Below are positions 9,717-19,606 of a DNA stretch of 64,000 bases, in pieces. A program made the position numbers and the translations under genes. The number at the start of each line of letters is the position of its first letter. Within the stretch, counting starts at the first letter, position 1. Source of the DNA: a virus. Below the pieces are notes generated by a model. It saw only the letters and a program-made list of their open reading frames with translations. It was not told where the DNA came from and did no database searches. The stretch covers positions 7,813-71,812 of the IMG/VR virus record IMGVR_UViG_3300011113_000644; one strand, given 5' to 3'.

Positions 9717-12700
9717 TTAGATATTTTCGAATGACGCTCCTGTAGGAGTAATCAAGAATTCTATATCTATAAATTCTAAAGCTTTAGTTGGTTTGATGTA
9801 AATCTTACCTACCAATTGGTTGGCGTCTAAATCTTCAGGAGTGTTTTGGACAGTCACACGGAAATCATATAAACCTCTGTCTCTACGGATAGCATCTAAG
9901 ATTGGGTTTACTGAATCCAAGAATTGTTGTCTTACTAAACTATCATTTTGTTCGAACAACAATCTGACCGCTACAGCTGAAATTAATTTACGAGCTTGTA
10001 ATAACAATCTTCTTACATTAATTCTGTCTAACGCAGATTCTCTAACTTGAAGAGTTTTGTTACCCCAAATCACAGTTCCTACATCATTGAAGGTTGCAAT
10101 TGGGTTAATTCTACCCTTGTATAGAATGTCTCTATCTTCTTGAGTTAACCTCTTACGTGCTCTTACAGCATTTACAATACCACGTGTGTAACCAGCCGTT
10201 GCAAACCATGGGAACGCAATGTTGTCAGTTAATGCTAAGTTTCGTGTAACTTCAGCAGTAGGTGGAATGTAAATTTGAGTGTTATTTACAGTGTCTCTTG
10301 TCAATACCCATGGGTAGTAAGTTGCAGTATAGTTAGAATCAATTCCTGCGTCTTCCAAATTAACAACCGCATCTTCAGGATAAATTAAATTATCTGATAT
10401 AGTAGTTGATGGTTGGAATAAATCAAAGTCAGGTGTTGTAGTAATATAAATTGAATCGGCTCTATCGTACTCAATCATATTAATAGTTTGATTCACCAAC
10501 TCGTAGTTATTTTTATAATCTATACCAGGTGTGACTAAAACATTAATGTTTGTTACTTCAGGGTTAGAGAAAGTTTGAATACCTAATAAGTAAGCGTAAT
10601 AGTCGGTGTTAGCATAATCTGTTGAATTTTGGTCAACTGTAATTCTTCTAAACGCTCCCCAACCATTAGCCGAAGTGTAAGGAGCACAAGGTGCCGAACC
10701 AGCTAAAAATCCTGTACCACCTAAAGTGAATCTATCTGTATTAGTCCTTGATTCAGTATAGATATCCCATCCGTCAAATCCACCATAAAAAGACATAGTG
10801 AATTTTCTAGAATATAGATAGAAATAAGTGTCCGATTTTAACAAAGGTTCAGCTCTAAACGAACTAACACCAACCTCAAAAGCAGTTTCACCACTTGATA
10901 GGTAGTTACTTGAAATTTGAATCACTGTTGCTCCCGAATCCATATGGAAACCTTTAGTCAAATAATTCCATGAAGAAAAATCTGCCTCATCTAAACCACA
11001 TGTATCAAAACCTGATGTTAAATTCTTCTTACCTTTATATAATAAGAAGTCATTATCTGTACCTATTTTGGTTGAAAATCCTAAGTAAGTCCTACGAACA
11101 TTATCACCCAAAGAAAACTCTTTGTTATCAACACCTATACTTGTACCAAATGGTGGATTCCAAATTTCCTCACCAGGATAAGAGTAACTTGTTTTATAAA
11201 TTGGGAAAGGAGGTTGTACTGATGTTGTAGAATAAGGTCCATAGTTTCTTGTCACATATCCATTAAAACCGCAAGGTAAAGAATCTTCAGGTGCCTCATA
11301 GTTCATTTCTACCATAACATAACGAGAATTAATTGAAAATTCACCATCAGAAGTACCAATTTTTTTAGCAACATAGCTATTTAAATTGGGGTTCATTGAA
11401 CAATTTGAGAATTTTTCCAAAACAACAGGATTTGCATCCGTGTCGTTGAAATCTCGTATAACAACATCAAAAGTTAAGTTATTAAACGAAATATTTTGAA
11501 TTGAAATTTTTATCTCAGTGTTTGCGGCAGTTCCGTCAGATATGGAAATAAATCTGAATAAATCATATACTTTAGTACCTCTAAGTTCAGAAACAACATA
11601 AGGTGTGGTCGGTGTTTGATATTTCTCTAAGAAATTACCCAAAGAGTATTGATTTTCACTTACTGCTGAGTTTAAGGAAGTTAAAGTTGTGTTAAGACCT
11701 CTAATATAACCTTTGTTATAACCCCAATTAAGTAAAGTGTCATATGACTCTTCTACAAATAACGGAACAACAGTCCTGTCTTTTTCAAAGTTGTCCTGAC
11801 CAAAAACTTTATTGACATAATTTGAATCTGCTGATTCGAAAGAAGTTTCAAAACTAAAATTCTTAGCGTCGTATGTTGTACCTGAAATCAAGAAGGTTGA
11901 ATAGGGATTAGTTGTTGCTGCGCTGTACGAACCTGAAACTGTTAAAGTTACATCAGAAGTTCCTGTAACTTGATATTGAGGTCCGTGTTGTGTTGTTGTG
12001 TAGTTAGTAATACCTCTTGACCTTAATGTTGCCAATACTAAATTGTGATATTCAGTATGTGTAATACCTGTAAAAACTTGAAACCCAACTGTACAAGCGG
12101 CTCCATTCCAATAAACGTTTCCACCAGTTGGAGCATAAACACCATTACCAAAATTGATATTGTTTAGTTGTAAAGAAAAAGAAAAACCTGAATAATTGTT
12201 AGTTCCTCCAACCGGAGTAAAAGAAGAGTAAAACCAAGAGTCGTTAAGACCATCACAATATTCAATAGTTTCAGCATTTAAACTACCTAAACCAAAATTG
12301 TTAGTGATTCCGGTATAAGATGATATTGAAGAATATTGTGAATTTGGTATTGCACCCCATACCGACACATTTTGGTTATATGGTACTGAAACAGTCCCAT
12401 TAGTCATATTTTTGAAAAAAGTATTCCATAAAAAGTTTTTAGCATCTTGCCTGAATGTCGATGTTGTCCCATCGTACTTAACATAACTTTCATCAAGTTT
12501 TGCATATAAATAAGGTAAAGTACTTACAAGGTTAGATGAACCATTAGATTCAACATCAAATTGTACATCATTAACCGTTCCACCACCACTTGCCAATTTA
12601 AATGCTACACCAACACTGGCTGCCGTTGACCAAGCCACACTACTGTCAATTCCTACAGTTGAGCAATCTACGTTAGCCACAGATGTTACAGTCCAAGACG

Positions 12701-13016
12701 GTCCAGCATCGTAACCTGAAAGTCCAAGAATCCTTGTAACAAAAAGTTGATTAGATTGTTGTAAGTAAGATTTAGCTATATAAGCAGCTTCATACTTAGG
12801 TATTTGTGTGTTTACAAACTTCTCAGGGTTTGTTCCACCAAAATACGATGTAAATTCATCATAACTCGTCACAAATATAGGTTCAAAGGCTGGACCTTTA
12901 ATAGTCTCACCAACAAGACCTAGTGTGGTAACACCAACACTTTGTGAAACGAATGATAGGTCACGCTCTGAAGTGTATACTCCAGGTGAGACGAATACTT
13001 TGTTTGCACTTGCCAT
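9717..13016 (-). CDS. Contractile tail sheath protein (gp18-like) with large insertions
   Basis: N-terminal SPGVYTSERD...GPAFEP; C-terminal YYPW, PWFATAGYTRG, LYKGRINPI, WGNKTLQ, RINVRRLL, PTKALEFI. Confidence 0.95.
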   Translation of the reverse strand: MASANKVFVSPGVYTSERDLSFVSQSVGVTTLGLVGETIKGPAFEPIFVTSYDEFTSYFGGTNPEKFVNTQIPKYEAAYIAKSYLQQSNQLFVTRILGLSGYDAGPSWTVTSVANVDCSTVGIDSSVAWSTAASVGVAFKLASGGGTVNDVQFDVESNGSSNLVSTLPYLYAKLDESYVKYDGTTSTFRQDAKNFLWNTFFKNMTNGTVSVPYNQNVSVWGAIPNSQYSSISSYTGITNNFGLGSLNAETIEYCDGLNDSWFYSSFTPVGGTNNYSGFSFSLQLNNINFGNGVYAPTGGNVYWNGAACTVGFQVFTGITHTEYHNLVLATLRSRGITNYTTTQHGPQYQVTGTSDVTLTVSGSYSAATTNPYSTFLISGTTYDAKNFSFETSFESADSNYVNKVFGQDNFEKDRTVVPLFVEESYDTLLNWGYNKGYIRGLNTTLTSLNSAVSENQYSLGNFLEKYQTPTTPYVVSELRGTKVYDLFRFISISDGTAANTEIKISIQNISFNNLTFDVVIRDFNDTDANPVVLEKFSNCSMNPNLNSYVAKKIGTSDGEFSINSRYVMVEMNYEAPEDSLPCGFNGYVTRNYGPYSTTSVQPPFPIYKTSYSYPGEEIWNPPFGTSIGVDNKEFSLGDNVRRTYLGFSTKIGTDNDFLLYKGKKNLTSGFDTCGLDEADFSSWNYLTKGFHMDSGATVIQISSNYLSSGETAFEVGVSSFRAEPLLKSDTYFYLYSRKFTMSFYGGFDGWDIYTESRTNTDRFTLGGTGFLAGSAPCAPYTSANGWGAFRRITVDQNSTDYANTDYYAYLLGIQTFSNPEVTNINVLVTPGIDYKNNYELVNQTINMIEYDRADSIYITTTPDFDLFQPSTTISDNLIYPEDAVVNLEDAGIDSNYTATYYPWVLTRDTVNNTQIYIPPTAEVTRNLALTDNIAFPWFATAGYTRGIVNAVRARKRLTQEDRDILYKGRINPIATFNDVGTVIWGNKTLQVRESALDRINVRRLLLQARKLISAVAVRLLFEQNDSLVRQQFLDSVNPILDAIRRDRGLYDFRVTVQNTPEDLDANQLVGKIYIKPTKALEFIDIEFLITPTGASFENI

Positions 13017-13107
13017 TTTTTTAATAATTTTTTTTAATCTTTTATTTTATTCATAAATACTATAAAAAACATGAAAAACTTTACTTAGAAAAAACTATTT
13101 ATATTGT

Positions 13108-13127
13108 AGTATGATAAATTTCATACT
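13108..13127. promoter_or_regulatory. Inverted repeat, candidate operator
   Basis: AGTATGA-N6-TCATACT, 12 nt upstream of a small RHH-like gene in the divergent sheath/RHH intergenic region. Confidence 0.5.
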
Positions 13128-13139
13128 TTTTTCTACCAC

Positions 13140-13289
13140 ATGAAAATTAAAAATTTAAAGATATCTGAGGAAGTCCATTCAACTCTAAAAAAATATTGTG
13201 ATAAGGAAGGGTTGAAACTAAATAAATTTGTAGAAAAGTTGATAGAAGAAAACTGTAAAACTAAGAAAGATATTTACGGTGAGAATTAA
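13140..13289 (+). CDS. Small ribbon-helix-helix-like DNA-binding protein (49 aa, below ORF-track cutoff)
   Basis: MKIKNLKISEEVHSTLKKYCDKEGLKLNKFVEKLIEENCKTKKDIYGEN: alternating beta strand, helix, Gly turn, helix. Confidence 0.7.
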   Translation: MKIKNLKISEEVHSTLKKYCDKEGLKLNKFVEKLIEENCKTKKDIYGEN

Positions 13290-14344
13290 ACTAAAACTGT
13301 ATTCAACCTTATTGAAGAAACTTCTTGTTCAATTGTTTTAGAAATAACAAATCTAATTGAGTCACCTGTATTAATTTGTAAAACAGAATTAGGCGATGAA
13401 AACAAATCAGTTCCAAAAAACAAATTATTAACATAAATATCATATGAGTTTACATTAACACTACCGTCTAAATACAAATTACACGTAAAATCAAAAACTT
13501 TTGTTACCTCTAATTGAGTTTCTTGAAAATTTATATTAGTAATAACTAATTCAGTATTTTCATCAGATAACTTTTTTTTGGGTTTTTTAAATTTTTGAGT
13601 TTCTGTAGATAAAAAAACAAATGACCTACTTATTGCTGGTTTCACTTCGAATTCATTTTCGTCCATTAAAAATCCTTGGAGAGTAAAATTGTACGTTTGT
13701 ATATAATATTTTCTTTTCTCCATTTCCATTACAGACTCGTCTGCAATATCATCTAAAATTAAAGGAATGTAATGACCTTTGATTTGTGTATAAGCTTGTC
13801 TTGAAGCGAAGGTTTCAATTACATTTTTGTTGAACACGTTTAGTTCCCTCATTCTGTTACAAATTATTTTAACACTATACTTTATATCAACAGGCACTGG
13901 TTGGGGTATAGTATAAACATCATAACCTTTTCTACCGTCGTTAAAATTAGGAACGGCTGCGTAGAAAAATTGTTTCCTATTTGGAATGTTATACCTTAGT
14001 GAGGGTAATGACCCGTATTTTACTTCAGGATTTCTTATTGTTGTTATTAATGGGGGCTCAACATTTTTATCGAGGTTTGAAAAATTCCATGTTTGTGTAA
14101 ACTGAGCCCAATTTTGAGTTGTAAGTAAAATATCAACAACAGGTATAGTTTTTCCATCTGTTGTTGTTTTCAAATTATTTTTTACAAAGTCTAAAAATCC
14201 CCTATCTAAGTCTTCATGTAATAAAGATTTGGGTAAAAAAGTTCCGTCTTTTCTTATTTTATCAAGCAACTCAACTCTTCTACCATATCCTGTTTCGACT
14301 GGCTCTAAATCTAATGTTTTTTTAATTTTTTTTGGTAACGCCAT
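13286..14344 (-). CDS. Tail completion / sheath terminator protein (gp15-like)
   Basis: PQPVPVDIKYSVKII and YIQTYNFTLQGFL patterns; between neck gene and sheath. Confidence 0.6.
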   Translation of the reverse strand: MALPKKIKKTLDLEPVETGYGRRVELLDKIRKDGTFLPKSLLHEDLDRGFLDFVKNNLKTTTDGKTIPVVDILLTTQNWAQFTQTWNFSNLDKNVEPPLITTIRNPEVKYGSLPSLRYNIPNRKQFFYAAVPNFNDGRKGYDVYTIPQPVPVDIKYSVKIICNRMRELNVFNKNVIETFASRQAYTQIKGHYIPLILDDIADESVMEMEKRKYYIQTYNFTLQGFLMDENEFEVKPAISRSFVFLSTETQKFKKPKKKLSDENTELVITNINFQETQLEVTKVFDFTCNLYLDGSVNVNSYDIYVNNLFFGTDLFSSPNSVLQINTGDSIRFVISKTIEQEVSSIRLNTVLV

Positions 14345-14859
14345 TATAATCCTCTAAATTCATTATCTGTAACTATAGATGCAATAATTGTCCTATAGAA
14401 TGGTTTATACCCCGCATATGTGTGTTTATTATCACTCACAACACGACCATCATTTACAACTGTATAATATCTAACCCTTGTTTCTGTTTCGTAATACGCA
14501 ATATAATCACCAAACTCAATTTCGATTCCAAGTTCGTCTAATTGAGACTGATAAACTGAAACCGTTAAGTTACCTGGTTCCATTTGGTCTAATTTTGATG
14601 TTCCCAAATTTTTATTCTCGGGAGCAACAATTTTAACCAAACCTTTAAACTCAACAGGGGGAAGAAATTTAATTCCGTCTTTAACGGCTTCACCATAAAC
14701 ATCATCAGTGTTGGTTTTAGTTTTATCAACTTTGTATAACACTAAAGTAAAATTCATATCTCCTTCTAGCCACTCGCGCCCAATGGATACATCAAGAGCA
14801 AAATCCTCACCCCCAAAAAATTTACCTAATCTTGTTATTGGAACATTTCTCTGTGACAT
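14344..14859 (-). CDS. Neck / head-closure protein (gp14-like)
   Basis: TNTDDVYGEA...FLPPVEF and IEFGDYI patterns; stop overlaps the next start. Confidence 0.6.
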   Translation of the reverse strand: MSQRNVPITRLGKFFGGEDFALDVSIGREWLEGDMNFTLVLYKVDKTKTNTDDVYGEAVKDGIKFLPPVEFKGLVKIVAPENKNLGTSKLDQMEPGNLTVSVYQSQLDELGIEIEFGDYIAYYETETRVRYYTVVNDGRVVSDNKHTYAGYKPFYRTIIASIVTDNEFRGL

Positions 14860-14860
14860 A

Positions 14861-14889
14861 TTGATAAATATCCAAAATTGTTTTATTAT
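14861..14889 (+). promoter_or_regulatory. Sigma70-like promoter for helicase
   Basis: TTGATA-N17-TATTAT, 23 nt upstream of ATG 14913; overlaps a minus-strand TATTTAT motif. Confidence 0.45.
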
Positions 14890-14912
14890 TATTTGTTAGT
14901 GTAATTATATCA

Positions 14913-16655
14913 ATGTTAAGTATTGAACAACAAGCGATTCAAATATTAGAGGAATATAGTGGGTCAAATAACTACATTCTGAAAATACAAAAACAGTGTG
15001 AGACAAATAAAAAACATGTCCCCACAAGAGCTCAATGCGAATATGTTATTAATTATAGTAATACCTCTCCTAAAGTTGCCAAAAAATGGGTCGATATTGA
15101 CTCGTATTTTTCTCAAAAATTGGTAGAAGATAATCCATTTATTAAGGAACCCGATAAGATTTATGTTGAAAAACTTTTAGTTGAGAAAGATAAGTCGTAC
15201 CATATTTGGGGTAAAGTTTTTAGTGGGGACACATTACATGATTTTTGGGTTCCTAAAGCTGCAATTATAAAAGACTATAAAGAAAACATTGTTAATGTTG
15301 ACTACTCAAAATACGGACATAGACCTCCGTTAGGTCATCAGAAAGAGGCCATTGAGAAGTTGTTAAAAAATGATAAGTTCATTTTAGCCGATGACATGGG
15401 TCTTGGAAAAACAACATCAACAATTATTGCGTCGTTGGAAAGTGGGGCAAAAAAAGTTTTAATTATTTGTCCAGCTTCATTAAAGATTAATTGGGAAAGA
15501 GAAATAAAAAATTACACAGAAAAAAGTATATACATTTGTGAAGGTAAGAAATACGAGGAAGCTGACTATGTTATTACTAACTACGACATTCTCAAAAATT
15601 TTCACGACCCAAAGGAAAAAGACAATTCGTTAATTTTAAAAACTAATTTTGATTTAGTCATTATTGATGAAGCTCATTACGTTTCAAATGCTCAGGCTCA
15701 ACGTACAAAAATTATAATGGATTTGACCAAAAACATTAAAAAACTTTGGTTATTGACAGGTACTCCAATGACCTCTCGCCCAATGAATTATTATAATATT
15801 TTAAAACTTATTGATAGTCCTGTTAGTCAGAATTGGATGGCTTATGCAATTCGTTATTGTGCGGGGTATCAATTTAGAGTTGGAAATAAAAAGGTGTGGA
15901 ATGTTACAGGAGCGTCTAATTTAGAGGAATTGAGAGAAAGGACTTCACGTCAAATACTAAGAAGACTTAAAACAGATGTTTTAGATTTACCTGAAAAAAT
16001 AATCACACCTGTTTATCTTAGATTAAAATCAAGGTTATATGAAGGATTAATGGGAGAGTATTATGATTGGTATAATAACCGACAAGATGAATCAAAGTCT
16101 TTATCAATTCAATTTACAAAACTGACAAAAGTTAGACAAGTAATTGCTGAAGAAAAAATCCCAACAACAATTGAACTTGCTGAGAATATTATTGAACAGG
16201 GTAAAAAGGTTATTATCTTCAGTAATTTTACAGACCCGATTAAAAAGATTTATGAACATTTTGGTAAGTCGGCAGTTTATTTGGATGGGTCAACGTCAAA
16301 GGTTGGGAGGCAGGAAGCTGTGGATAAGTTTCAAACCAACGATAAAATTAAAGTTTTTTGTGGTAATCTTAAAGCGGCTGGAGTTGGTTTAACTTTAACT
16401 GAAGGTGAAGCCGTAATTATGAATGATTTATCATTTGTACCAGCTGAACACGCTCAAGCCGAAGACAGAGCTTACAGATATGGTCAAAAAAACAACGTAT
16501 CAATATTTTATCCTTTATTTGAAAACACAATTGAGGGAGTTATTTATGACATATTAATTAAGAAAAAACAAATAATTGGTACCGTAATGGGTGATTCAGA
16601 TGAGTCTTCTGCTGATATTGTTGAGCAAATCCTGAACGAAATCAATAATAAGTAA
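14913..16655 (+). CDS. SNF2-family (HARP/SMARCAL1-like) helicase/ATPase
   Basis: LADDMGLGKT, ICPASLKINW, DEAH, LTGTP, GVGLTL, QAEDRAYRYGQ motifs. Confidence 0.92.
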   Translation: MLSIEQQAIQILEEYSGSNNYILKIQKQCETNKKHVPTRAQCEYVINYSNTSPKVAKKWVDIDSYFSQKLVEDNPFIKEPDKIYVEKLLVEKDKSYHIWGKVFSGDTLHDFWVPKAAIIKDYKENIVNVDYSKYGHRPPLGHQKEAIEKLLKNDKFILADDMGLGKTTSTIIASLESGAKKVLIICPASLKINWEREIKNYTEKSIYICEGKKYEEADYVITNYDILKNFHDPKEKDNSLILKTNFDLVIIDEAHYVSNAQAQRTKIIMDLTKNIKKLWLLTGTPMTSRPMNYYNILKLIDSPVSQNWMAYAIRYCAGYQFRVGNKKVWNVTGASNLEELRERTSRQILRRLKTDVLDLPEKIITPVYLRLKSRLYEGLMGEYYDWYNNRQDESKSLSIQFTKLTKVRQVIAEEKIPTTIELAENIIEQGKKVIIFSNFTDPIKKIYEHFGKSAVYLDGSTSKVGRQEAVDKFQTNDKIKVFCGNLKAAGVGLTLTEGEAVIMNDLSFVPAEHAQAEDRAYRYGQKNNVSIFYPLFENTIEGVIYDILIKKKQIIGTVMGDSDESSADIVEQILNEINNK

Positions 16656-16668
16656 GTATTTATTATTG

Positions 16669-17376
16669 ATGAAATCACTTAATTTAATAACTGAGGAACT
16701 AATACAAAAACTTTATAAAAAAGAATCAGAGGAAACTGAAGTATTTTTTATAAACGAAATGAAAACAATAGGTATTGAAAAATTACCATATTCATACGCC
16801 TCTTTAAGAAGATTTATTGACCCTGAAACTATGAAGTTTCACTACCAAAAACACTACAAGGGTTATGTAAAAAAATTAAACTCGGCGTTAAGAAAGAAAA
16901 ACTATGGCGATATTGAATTGGAGAATATTGTTAAACAAATATCCAAATACAATACAACTATAAGAAACAATGCGGGTGGAGCCTTTAATCACGCTCTATT
17001 TTGGAAGATGTTATCTCCAACACCACAAAAACCAACAGGTGAAATTTTAGAAAAAATTGTAAAAGATTTTGGTGGATATAAAAAATTTAGAATGAAATTT
17101 GAATCTGAGGCAAAAAAAAGATTTGGGTCGGGATGGATTTGGTTAATTTTAACGGATAAAGGAAATTTGAAGATTATGTCCACCTCAAACCAAGATAATC
17201 CAATTATGAATATTTTTGAATTTGGTGGATACCCATTATTGGGATTGGATTTGTGGGAACATGCGTATTATTTGAAATATCAAAACAAAAGAGACGAGTA
17301 TATTCAAAATTTTTGGGATGCGGTTAATTGGAAATTTGTGAACGACTTATACAAATCCAAAACTGAAAAGAAATAA
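16669..17376 (+). CDS. sodA: Fe/Mn superoxide dismutase (Mn-type signature) with N-terminal extension
   Basis: LPYSYASL, HYQKH..YV, NNAGGAFNH..FW, FGSGW, NQDNP, DLWEHAYY; ATG at 16669. Confidence 0.9.
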   Translation: MKSLNLITEELIQKLYKKESEETEVFFINEMKTIGIEKLPYSYASLRRFIDPETMKFHYQKHYKGYVKKLNSALRKKNYGDIELENIVKQISKYNTTIRNNAGGAFNHALFWKMLSPTPQKPTGEILEKIVKDFGGYKKFRMKFESEAKKRFGSGWIWLILTDKGNLKIMSTSNQDNPIMNIFEFGGYPLLGLDLWEHAYYLKYQNKRDEYIQNFWDAVNWKFVNDLYKSKTEKK

Positions 17377-17401
17377 ATGATATTTATTGCTAAAGACTAA
17401 A

Positions 17402-18529
17402 ATGGCAGTAATATCCGAACCTGAAAGAAGTAAACTATATACAAAAGTTCGTCATGTACTTGGAGCACCTTTACGTTCCGTGGAGTTAGAAGACGAACAG
17501 ATGGACACCTTGTTGGAATTTTCAATAGGGGATTACTCACAATATGTACAAGATTGGTTGATTGACACTCAATGGACATCATTGTATAATTTAAATTTAG
17601 ATACTCAATCACTATCAAGAGCTTTTATAACTAAAAGTTTAGATTACGAAAATAGATATGCTCAAGCATACTCCAAAATAGTTGGTTTACAGTCAAACCC
17701 GTTGGGTGAATGGGAGTTAAAAAAAGACTATATAACTCTTGAGCCAAATAAACAAATTTACGAAATTCCTGCTGGTAGAGAAATTAATGAGTTGTTATGG
17801 TTCACCCCCAACGCTCTAAATAATATTTTATTTGACCCCTGGTCTTTTGGTGCTTTAGGTGGTTATGGTATGGGTGGACCTGCAGGATATTCTCAAATGG
17901 GTTATACAGGTTCATATTTTATGATGCCGGCATTCGATATGATGTTAAGACTACAAGAAATTAACATACAAAGAAGAATTATTGCCGGTGATTTGACTTA
18001 CAGAATTACCGCATTACCCGATGGGAAAAAAGCAATCCATTTGATGCAAACACCTGGTGGTAAGTTTGACTTTGGTAATTCGTCATTAAGAAATTCTAAA
18101 GTTTGGTATTGGTATTATGATGTTGGTCCTGACGACAGGGACGCATGTTTGGCGGCAAATCCTGACATTATTAGAATGCCATCTGATGTTCCTATGGACT
18201 CTATGTCTTGGGCTGATTTAAATAATCCGGCACAACAATGGGTTAGAAGATGGTTTGTTGCTTCTTGTAAAGAAACATTATCAAAAGTCAGAGGAAAGTA
18301 TTCAGGTAATTTAAAAACACCTGACTCTGAATTAACTATGGATTATCAATCACTAGCAACTGAAGCCAAAGATGAAAAGTCTAAACTATGGGATGATTTA
18401 TTTGGGGCTGAAGGTAGATTAACAAGACTTAGACCTGAAAAAATCATGGAGAGAGAAGCTCAAATCGCAGAAAATTTAAACAAACAAATGAAGTTTAGGG
18501 CATTCCCAAGAAATATGTATGTAATTTAA
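17402..18529 (+). CDS. Neck / head-tail adaptor protein (gp13-like)
   Basis: LGAP..SVEL..EQM at N-terminus; WVRRW...KETLSKVRGKYSG...G/D-x-LTMD at C-terminus. ATG 17402 preferred over TTG 17387. Confidence 0.7.
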   Translation: MAVISEPERSKLYTKVRHVLGAPLRSVELEDEQMDTLLEFSIGDYSQYVQDWLIDTQWTSLYNLNLDTQSLSRAFITKSLDYENRYAQAYSKIVGLQSNPLGEWELKKDYITLEPNKQIYEIPAGREINELLWFTPNALNNILFDPWSFGALGGYGMGGPAGYSQMGYTGSYFMMPAFDMMLRLQEINIQRRIIAGDLTYRITALPDGKKAIHLMQTPGGKFDFGNSSLRNSKVWYWYYDVGPDDRDACLAANPDIIRMPSDVPMDSMSWADLNNPAQQWVRRWFVASCKETLSKVRGKYSGNLKTPDSELTMDYQSLATEAKDEKSKLWDDLFGAEGRLTRLRPEKIMEREAQIAENLNKQMKFRAFPRNMYVI

Positions 18530-18532
18530 TTT

Positions 18533-18868
18533 ATGGCTGTACAACGTTCAATACAAATGCAAAGAGTAATTGCCGGTCAAGTTGTTGAGACCTCAGAAGT
18601 ATGTTTTGTAACGGATGAAAACTACACTACTGAAGGTGAATACGTTTTAATAACAAAAAATACTCGTAATATTACAATTAATTTAGACCATAGTAAAAAT
18701 GACCATTTAATTATTAAATCCTTAACCAATACCAAAATAATTCCTTTACAAGGTAAGATTGATGAAGAATATTCAGAAATTAATTTGAATAGGGGCTCAA
18801 GTATTGAGTTGTTTTTTTCTTTTGGTAATTGGTATATTCTTTCTTCAGATGGAATTAAGGAACAGTAA
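18533..18868 (+). CDS. Small beta-rich protein, probably virion structural
   Basis: 111 aa, co-oriented with neck gene, ends GNWYIL like small fibre/baseplate modules. Confidence 0.45.
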   Translation: MAVQRSIQMQRVIAGQVVETSEVCFVTDENYTTEGEYVLITKNTRNITINLDHSKNDHLIIKSLTNTKIIPLQGKIDEEYSEINLNRGSSIELFFSFGNWYILSSDGIKEQ

Positions 18869-19433
18869 TTATTTTTCCTCCCTTACTTAGATTATCGTAA
18901 GCCCAAAGTGGTTGTAAATTACTATAATGACATAATTTATTTATTTCTTCAGAACAGTTCGCTGACGATAGGGGAACTATGTGGTCAATATGCCAACTAC
19001 CGTAGTTGTCCCAAGACATACCATCTTTAAATTGTCTTTCTAAATGTTCTCTTAAAAATTCGGTGGAACATCCCACCAAATCCAAAGTTTTGTTGTCTTT
19101 GTGAATTTTTTTACTTTTCATGAATTGGACAATTCTACTTCTCAAATTAGAAATCATTCTCAATGTTACGTCTTCTTTTTTTTTAATCCTAAGTTTATTA
19201 ATTATATCTTCTTTATTTTTTCTATAATATTGTTTAATTCTTATTTGTTCTTTTTCAGTATTCTCGCAATATCTATCCACTCTTCTTTTTTTCAATTTTT
19301 CGGAATTAATTAAATAATATTTTTTTTGACATTCTTTACACTCACCCCTTAAACCATTTTTATTTCTAGATGAATATGAAAACTCACAAATTAATTTATT
19401 TTCACCACATTTTGAACAAATTTTAGTTACCAT
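18855..19433 (-). CDS. HNH homing-type endonuclease
   Basis: N-terminal CSKC...CKEC zinc knuckle; GCS..FL..HLE.QF..GMSWDNYGSWHIDHIVP...HYSNLQPLW..DN..K. Confidence 0.85.
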   Translation of the reverse strand: MVTKICSKCGENKLICEFSYSSRNKNGLRGECKECQKKYYLINSEKLKKRRVDRYCENTEKEQIRIKQYYRKNKEDIINKLRIKKKEDVTLRMISNLRSRIVQFMKSKKIHKDNKTLDLVGCSTEFLREHLERQFKDGMSWDNYGSWHIDHIVPLSSANCSEEINKLCHYSNLQPLWAYDNLSKGGKIITVP

Positions 19434-19569
19434 AATATTCTCTTAGTAATTTTTCAATTATACGGGAAGGTTTTAAATTATCTGACTTTATTTTATCATA
19501 CAATTCTCTATTTAAACTTATACTAACTTTTATTTTTTTATCATTAGTCTCTTTTTTTGGTCTCCCCAT
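19423..19569 (-). CDS. Small RHH/CopG-like regulator
   Basis: From ATG 19569: MGRPKKETNDKKIKVSISLNRELYDKIKSDNLKPSRIIEKLLREYYGN; preceded by TATTTAT; overlaps HNH start. Confidence 0.65.
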   Translation of the reverse strand: MGRPKKETNDKKIKVSISLNRELYDKIKSDNLKPSRIIEKLLREYYGN

Positions 19570-19606
19570 AACTATAAATATTAGGTAATTAGTAAAAGTA
19601 GTATTT

